Source of the DNA: Bipalium vagum
Taxonomy: Eukaryota
DNA length: 32,273 bases
NCBI GenBank assembly: GCA_037834085.1
Contig: JBBMKC010237128.1
Coordinates: 1 to 32,273 of the forward strand
Direction: 5' to 3'
Both the position numbers and the translations under genes were made by a program. A model generated the notes under the pieces. It was given only the letters and a program-made list of their open reading frames with translations. It was not told the origin of the DNA and did no database searches. Below, one piece after another: positions 25,850-32,273 of this stretch (position 1 is the first letter of the stretch; every line of letters begins with the position of its first letter).

Positions 25850-26100
25850 TTTGGAGAAAAATAACACGATAAAATCTTTGAACTATCATTTAACATAACT
25901 TCAGCAAATTAACTTATGGTTTTACTATCAAAACCTCTAAAAAAGACAAAAAAGAGCAATTAATGAATCTTGTTCCACTTTCCTTCATCATCAGTTGTGG
26001 TCAGCTGTTTTACACGGGGTGCACTTTTCAAGAAAAATCGGAGAATTTTCAAAACAATCATCTTATTGTGAGTTCTCAGGTCAACACATCTTATTGATTT
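25850..26100 (-). mobile_element. Mariner N-terminal relic
   Basis: VDLRT.., DF.LKSAPRVKQLTTTDDE and IVNH resemble GDFSLKD.PRSGRP..DD and TI.NHL. Heavily decayed. Confidence 0.45.
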
Positions 26101-26375
26101 CTTTGATTGTCAAAATTATATTAAGGCCTTTTTAGAAATAAAAAAGAAAGAAAAACAAAATTTCTTGTTTTTATAGCATGTTTTTAGAAAAAAAGTAAAG
26201 TAAAATTGACTTTTTAAAGGATAAAAAAGATAAAAAATAATTAATTTCCAATGATTTGAATATATACAAAATCAAATAAGCAAATGCTTTAATAATTATA
26301 TTATTGTTGAACCTGTTAATAAATCGGACATTTCATATCTAAAAGGCTGAGGTTATACAAATACATAAGTATGTA

Positions 26376-27000
26376 TGAGGATGGTTTGAAAAGTTTCGAA
26401 ATTGAAAAGAAAAAACAAAATCGATTGTTTAAACATCACATTATTTTTCTACAAAATATCATTTTAGCTCGAAACATTTAGTCCAATGTATCTTAGGCAA
26501 TTTGTACCTTGGATGTAATGCCTTTCACCATGACTTGCAAAATAGCTGTCGAAAGCATCATTTGCTTCTTGATTGTCATGAAAACACTTTCTAAACAAGA
26601 ATTTTTTCAGATTTGGGAAAAGAACGGATCTTGTGGACCCAAATCCGGTAAATGGTTAAGCAAGTCATGCTTCAATTCATTTAATTTTGTTATGATCAAA
26701 AACTTTTGTAGTCCGGCTGCAATGTCTTGAAGAAAATGATTTTTTTTCATCTGCAAATTGAAGAAGTTTGCATTTAATTAGTTGAATAGACTTACAAATA
26801 TCCAGGAGTTTTGAATTGATTTCCCTTTCTCAAAGAAATTTAATAACAAACATTGTTGTGCATCTCAAAATATGGATTGCTTAATCTTAATGTTATTAAA
26901 ATTATCTTGATCTTCTTTGGTACATTTGAACCGGTTTCTATCCATTGTTTGGATTATGTTTTTGTCTCTGTTAGAGAGTGGTCAAGTCATATTAAAATAT
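26376..27000 (-). mobile_element. 3' portion of an irritans-subfamily mariner with right TIR
   Basis: TIR-like TA|TGAGGATGGTTTGAAAAGTTTCG at 26374. Minus strand reads TETKT*SKQWIETGSNVPKK..FLQDIA..LPDLGPQD..FPNLKKFL..FHDNQEA..DSYFAS..HWTKCFELK*YFVEK*, like the Himar1 C-terminus. Confidence 0.88.
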
Positions 27001-28339
27001 ATAATTTAATCAAATCCCTTTACATATGGAAATGACATTATAAATATGTTAATAATAAAGTTGGGATATTAATATACTTTATATACTTTTGCTTAATTGT
27101 TAAATTAATCCTGTTCGCTTTCAAAAATTTTCAAAAATCCCTCGTAATTCAGATAAAACCAATTAATTTTTTAAAAAGAATTTAGCTAAAAAAATTTCAA
27201 GATTATCCAAAATATATTTTGGATAGAAATTATTCTTGAGATTTAAATATATGTATAATATTTTGATTATTGGGTTTGATCCCAATTAAACAATTTAAAA
27301 TTATTATACAATTATATCAGATAAGATTAAAAAATATATTATATAATGAAATAAAATTCGAAACAAATGTTTTATAGATAAATAAATTTGCACAATATTA
27401 TTATGAACACGGTTCCAATTTATTATTTAAACGAATTTTTATGTAATTTGTTTTTAAAATTATTTTACTAATTTATTATTATTTTTAAAATTTTTATTTA
27501 TTTATATTGAATAAAAAAAATCACAAAATTTTGTGGCCATAAAATTCGGGTGTCATGTATATATGTATCATTTTTAGCAAAAAATAGTAAAAAGGAAATA
27601 ATTTTCTTTTTCTTTAAAATTAATATTTTTTTTTAATAATTTTTTTAGAAATTAATTAAAATATGAAAATTTTTCTTAAAAATATTTTAAAAATATAACA
27701 AGGTTATAATAAAATTTATGTTACATAAAACAAGAGAAAATTTAAAATTTGTGATCTAAATCTATATTTTTCAGAAAATTAAAATGCCATAAAGATATTT
27801 TCACGTTTTATAAACACAAAAGTTCGATAAAAATTTTGTAAAAATATTTTAATAAATTGTTGATAGATTTTCAACTATAAATATATAAATAATAAAATCA
27901 TTAAGAACTTAAAAAATTCTATTTTTCTATAAAACTTCATAGTTTAAGTAATATAACACGTATGCGGTTATTTAGTTATATTAATAATAGATCAGGTATA
28001 AAATGAAGCATAAGGTGATAAAAAATCATTTAAAATTTAATATTAGTTATTTATAAAAATTTTATTCTTTATAAAAAAAGTAATTCTACAAAAATTATTG
28101 ATATTTAGAAAATCTATATAAATATTTAGAAAATTTTTATAAATATTCAAAAATAATAAAATTTATTTTTAATAAATAAAATATTTTTAATCATTAATAT
28201 TAATTTCATAGATTAACAATAATTTTTGATGTCATAAATGTTAATAAGCATAATGATAATAAATCGAGAAATAAAGGGCATCTAATTTTTAAAATACATA
28301 ATTATATTAATTAATAATATAAAATAATGATGTACAATA

Positions 28340-28500
28340 TTTTTTATTTTCAGCATTCACAAACCTCTTTTTTTTTATTAACGATTCAAGAAGATTCGTG
28401 TTTATATTTGGTTATTGATTAACTCAGCCAACAATTCTTCAATTCTTCTGCCAGAGTACCTAAGTTTTTTTATCATGATACAGCTGGCAACCATTCATTC
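28340..28500 (-). mobile_element. Possible Tc1-like transposase C-terminal scrap
   Basis: KNLGTLAEELKNCW..NLLESL..R resembles the L...W..I...NLVESMPRR tail. Confidence 0.3.
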
Positions 28501-28899
28501 ATAATTATACAATATAGATTAAAGTTTTCTTATTTTTAAATTAGTATTTTTTCTTTAATAAATTTTCATATATTTGTTTTAATCATTAAATTTAACTATA
28601 CAATATGATAGTATTAAATTATTAGACATTAATAAGAGAGAGGATAGAATTAAAAGATAATTTATCAAAATTAAAACGGTTAACGGTTGACATAATCTTC
28701 AGTTATTTTCTAGGGTTATTCGTTCATATAGATTATTTAATTCCTAATATAAACAATTTATTATTCATTAATGTAAGTTTCTTTGTTCCTTAATATAGTT
28801 ATATAACTTTATATTAAAGAGAAAAATTAATAAAAATTTCTTATAGAAAAACTGAAATTTCATATATTGAGCCAATATATACTAAAAAATTCAACAAAA

Positions 28900-29880
28900 A
28901 TGTCAATCAAATAAATGGTCGTCTTGCCAAAGCATTGGGTAGTAAACTTCTTACATGTTTAAAAGTTGTAAGTAAGTTTCCTTCATAGCCTCTCATAACC
29001 TCTTCTCTCTTTTTTCAATTCTTTCTTGAGCCTGTTAAAGGTATAGATGCTTGATATCTCTTCTTGATTTCGTTGAAAACGTTTTCAACCAGATTGAGAT
29101 CCTATGTATATGGTGATAAAATTTATAGTTAATTCTGTTTCTATTCAGTAATTGTAAAACATCGAATCTATGATTGAACTGGTACTTATCAATCAATATT
29201 AATCAGTGTTTATTATTTCTGATTTATAGAATGATGCATGACACTAAATAACTTTTAAAAGATTCTCCACTGTATGCATCATCAATCATATTGTATCGAA
29301 TTATGCGATTGACAGAAATGACAGCCATCAAACTAATATTTTTCCCCTATTAGCTGGGACTGTTACGTATCCTTTGGTATTTTTCAGGGAATAGCTGAAA
29401 TTTTGCATTGTATGCAAATTGAAACCGGTTTCCTCTAAATATATCAGTTGCGCTAATGGGAAATGCTCCAATTCTTGGGCAAATACGTGCCTTACAAGAT
29501 ATTCCTGACGGAGAATGTCATGAGTCTGGTAATTTTAAAAGTCCCTTCTTGGTAATTTCAGCTTTGGTAGAATTTTGGAGATTGATCCTTGAGATCGCCG
29601 TATTCTTCATTCCGCCTTTTCCTTTTTGTGTTAATCATTTTTAAAAAAAAATTAATTCTAATATGCTATGATTTAATAATATTTTCTGTACTTGATTTTC
29701 TACTCTTTTTATAATATTTGGATAATTGTCTGCGGCAGTTATTTTATTTCTTACTTTTTAAATAGTTGTTAAGGAGACCTTCAACAATTCGGAGATATCC
29801 TTTTTTGATTTCCCAGCTTCTATTTGATTATCGATTATTATGATATTTTTTTAGTTAGTGTAATTCTCTTTTATCTCATA
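28900..29880 (-). mobile_element. Degenerate IS630-like/Tc1 transposon (DDE_3 type), second family in the window
   Basis: Reads IEAGKSKKDISELLKVSLTTI (HTH)..IYLEETGFNLHTMQNFSYSLKNTKGYVTVPANRG/NISLMAVIS..IDDAYSGESF..LSPYT*DLNLVENVFNEIKKRY, with stops and frameshifts. Confidence 0.85.
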
Positions 29881-30080
29881 TTTTTAATTTTATATTTCTA
29901 AAATATAACTAAGACATAGAACGTACATTAGAAAAAATTAATATTTTATCAAAATAATTTAAACATGGAAACAAAAATGTGCATAAGATTAATTAAATAG
30001 CGCTTTATTCAAACTAAGAACAACTGATTAATATGAATGTGTTAAACAATTCATATTTAGGAATAAAATAGTTTATATTA

Positions 30081-30304
30081 CAGGGTTATGCTGAAATATA
30101 TAGAAAAATATTCATAAATATATAATGGAAATAAATTCTTGTCTCGCCAAAAACAGTTGACAAATCAATGAAACCTGACATTTTAATAGCAACCGTGCAG
30201 CTGATATTTTTGGCTGACTGAAATGTGATCAAATATAAATAGAAAAAATCGAATTTTTAAAATATATTTGTAAATATTTTTCTATATATTTCTTCATAAA
30301 CCTG
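30081..30304. mobile_element. MITE-like foldback element (~224 bp) with ~45-bp inverted arms and TA flanks
   Basis: Left arm TA|CAGGGTTATGCTGAAATATATAGAAAAATATTCATAAATATAT; reverse complement of the right arm TA|CAGGTTTATGAAGAAATATATAGAAAAATATTTACAAATATAT. Confidence 0.75.
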
Positions 30305-31183
30305 TAACGAATAACACTATAAATCTAATAAATTAAATATTTTGAATATATTTTGTAAAATCACAGAAAATCGATCAACACTTGTTACAGAAAATAAAAA
30401 TCCCTTTCTTCCCAAAGAGATGAAAGGTATAATGTATATAATGAAGTCATCATTGAATATTGAGGATAGTCCCTAGATACGTCTTCTTATACCAATGATT
30501 GCTAACTCCGTTTTATAGTACAATTTCTGATACTAAGAAATACTGTTCTCTCTATATCAGATTTATTCTCCATTCAACAAAATTTATATTTATACTTACA
30601 AGGCTTTTCGATATTATTATACTAGGGATTCTTAATTTTCTCATTGTAATTACAAAGTATATTAATAATTAATGAGATATACCTAAGATCATTCATACGT
30701 TCAATTACAAAACGAGGAAAATATTTTTATATTAAAATAATTCTGTTTCCATATAAATCATAAAAATAAAAAAGAAGAAAACCGTTTTTTTAGATTTCAC
30801 CATAATTTGAGATTATTTTAATTTAATTTTAATTAAAATTAATTTAAGTTATGAGATAATTCGAGGCATTTTTATCTGGGAAAGACAAATATCTTATTAT
30901 TATAATAAAACAGAAATAGAGGTAATGTGCTAAAAATAAGAGGATATACGATAAGCATTCGAATGTCATAACAATTTTCAAAAAAAAATTGATAAGTAAG
31001 TTTGGGAATTATAGTGGTTTCCGAAGATTACATTTTCAATATTTTCTAGTAAAGTAATCATAGCATTAAATTTCATTGAAAGACTTTCTATCATATTCAG
31101 CGCAACGGTTAACTCTTGACATTACAGGCATTACTTATATTTATTTTGTAAATAAATATCATACAGCGTTCACACTTAAATGT

Positions 31184-31309
31184 TGTTAGTTGAAAATTAT
31201 TCGGAGATACTGGGATTCAGGGGATGTAGCTCAGCGGTCAGAGCAGTCCATGCGCATGCGAATGTCCAGGGTTTGAATCCCGGTATCTCCGAATAATTTT
31301 CAACTAACA
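31184..31309. repeat. 36-bp inverted repeat (31184-31219 / 31274-31309) enclosing the tRNA 5' part
   Basis: TGTTAGTTGAAAATTATTCGGAGATACTGGGATTCA versus the reverse complement of the right arm, TGTTAGTTGAAAATTATTCGGAGATACCGGGATTCA: 35/36 identical. Confidence 0.97.
31220..31291 (+). tRNA. tRNA-Ala(CGC), degenerate (probable pseudogene or tRNA-derived element)
   Basis: Sequence GGGGATG TA GCTC AGCGGTCA GAGC A GTCCA TGCGCAT GCGAA TGTC CAGGG TTTGAAT CCCGG TATCTCC G. The acceptor stem has the Ala identity pair G3.U70, the D-stem is intact and the anticodon is CGC (31253-31255). However, the anticodon stem pairs only 2 of 5, U33 is G, the T-loop TTC is TTT and the discriminator is G. Confidence 0.85.
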
Positions 31310-31499
31310 TTAAGACCACACTAAGATACCAAACAGTGCAAAATTTTATTTAAGTTTCTCCAGTTATTTCAGTCTAAGTACTTTTTAGTCTTGGCATGTA
31401 GGTATAAAATGTATTGTATAGAATGCATAAAATATTAAATAAGTATTAAACGTACGATTACTTTAAAAATTCTGAATTTTGTTTGCAATATAATTTTAA

Positions 31500-32200
31500 T
31501 TCAAAAATATGGAATTTCTCAGTGTTATTTCTCAAGTAATCTGACAAGTAGGAAATTATTAATCAGCTTCAAGGGGTATATGATAAAAAGTCCTATCTCA
31601 GGTGACCATTTAAAAATACATCCAAGAATTTTCATCTTGTTGAAAGTGTTTTGATGCAACCAAAAAAAGATAACTTAAGAAGACATGTCGAAATTAAAAA
31701 AAAATAATAAAGAATTGAAAAATATTGTGAAAAATCAAAGAAACGTTACTCAAACGCACGGGCTAAATGTATTCAAAAGAACAATCAGCTGCTTCTGGAG
31801 CAAAAAATTTTTTTAATCGAATATTATAACTGTCTATCTTTTGTACTCTAAAAGAGAGTCAAAGAAATGGGGTTTTGAAAATTATAAGCCGTCTAAGGTA
31901 TTTCGTTTCAGACTTTCGGATCGAAAATGTGCCTTGTTGAATATCTTTTGGGATAAAAATATAATCTTGAAGCTAGATTTAACTGAAAAAATTCGGATTA
32001 GTACAGTAATCCCATACTTGAGACTCGAAACATCCGACACAAGTCACGCAAACAGGAGGTTTTTTTGCTCCACGGTAACGCTCCTAATCCCATATTCAAG
32101 AAAACACAAGACACATTAACAAAAGTTGTGTGCAGATATCAAAATTCTTTTGAATGCTGAACATAGGACCAACAACAATCTTTTCATCAGGTAATACAAT
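31500..32200 (+). mobile_element. Degenerate mariner transposase
   Basis: NQLQGVYD..SQVTI*KYIQEFSS (HTH region); ORF 31841 SKRESKKWGF..PSKVFRFRLSDRK..NIFWDKNII.KLD, matching SK.QS..W..PK..S..K...FWD; ends near a decayed FHQ(DNA) motif. Confidence 0.72.
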
Positions 32201-32273
32201 TATTTTGGTAAATTTAAACTGTCGCAATTATTCTTTATAAATAAATAAATTAGTAATTTTAATTCATATACAC

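Noticed and set aside
6529-27000. The 5' and 3' irritans mariner halves as two ends of one large composite element
   Set aside because: The halves are on opposite strands, their TIRs read in direct rather than inverted orientation, and the TIR sequences differ.
15542-29644. Antisense or shadow ORFs (15542-15763, 15568-16053, 18157-18442, 18959-19165, 26509-26730, 29456-29644)
   Set aside because: They overlap transposon relics or PITP exons in other frames or strands and show no independent protein motifs.

Overview
Very AT-rich eukaryotic (metazoan-type) genomic DNA with spliceosomal GT-AG introns. The mix of 42-54 nt mini-introns, AAT microsatellites and dense Tc1/mariner, Merlin and pogo relics resembles a planarian/flatworm-type genome, but that is inference only. 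Two host genes could be spliced by hand on the minus strand with every phase consistent: (1) a GH35 beta-galactosidase of the GLB1/GLB1L2-3 type, 14 exons from 12160 to 332, continuing past the window start; (2) a complete 7-exon class I phosphatidylinositol transfer protein, 21823-17342, 281 aa. The long introns and intergenic space hold decayed DNA transposons (cecropia- and irritans-type mariner, Tc3-like DD34E, IS630-like DD34E, Merlin, pogo/Tigger derivatives, MITEs) and the C-terminal fragment of an RLE-type non-LTR retrotransposon. The most unusual structures are a degenerate tRNA-Ala(CGC) preceded directly at its +1 by a 36-bp inverted copy of its own 3' end and trailer, and a Merlin transposase relic that appears to carry host-sized spliceosomal introns. 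All assignments come from manual translation and remembered family motifs; no searches were run.
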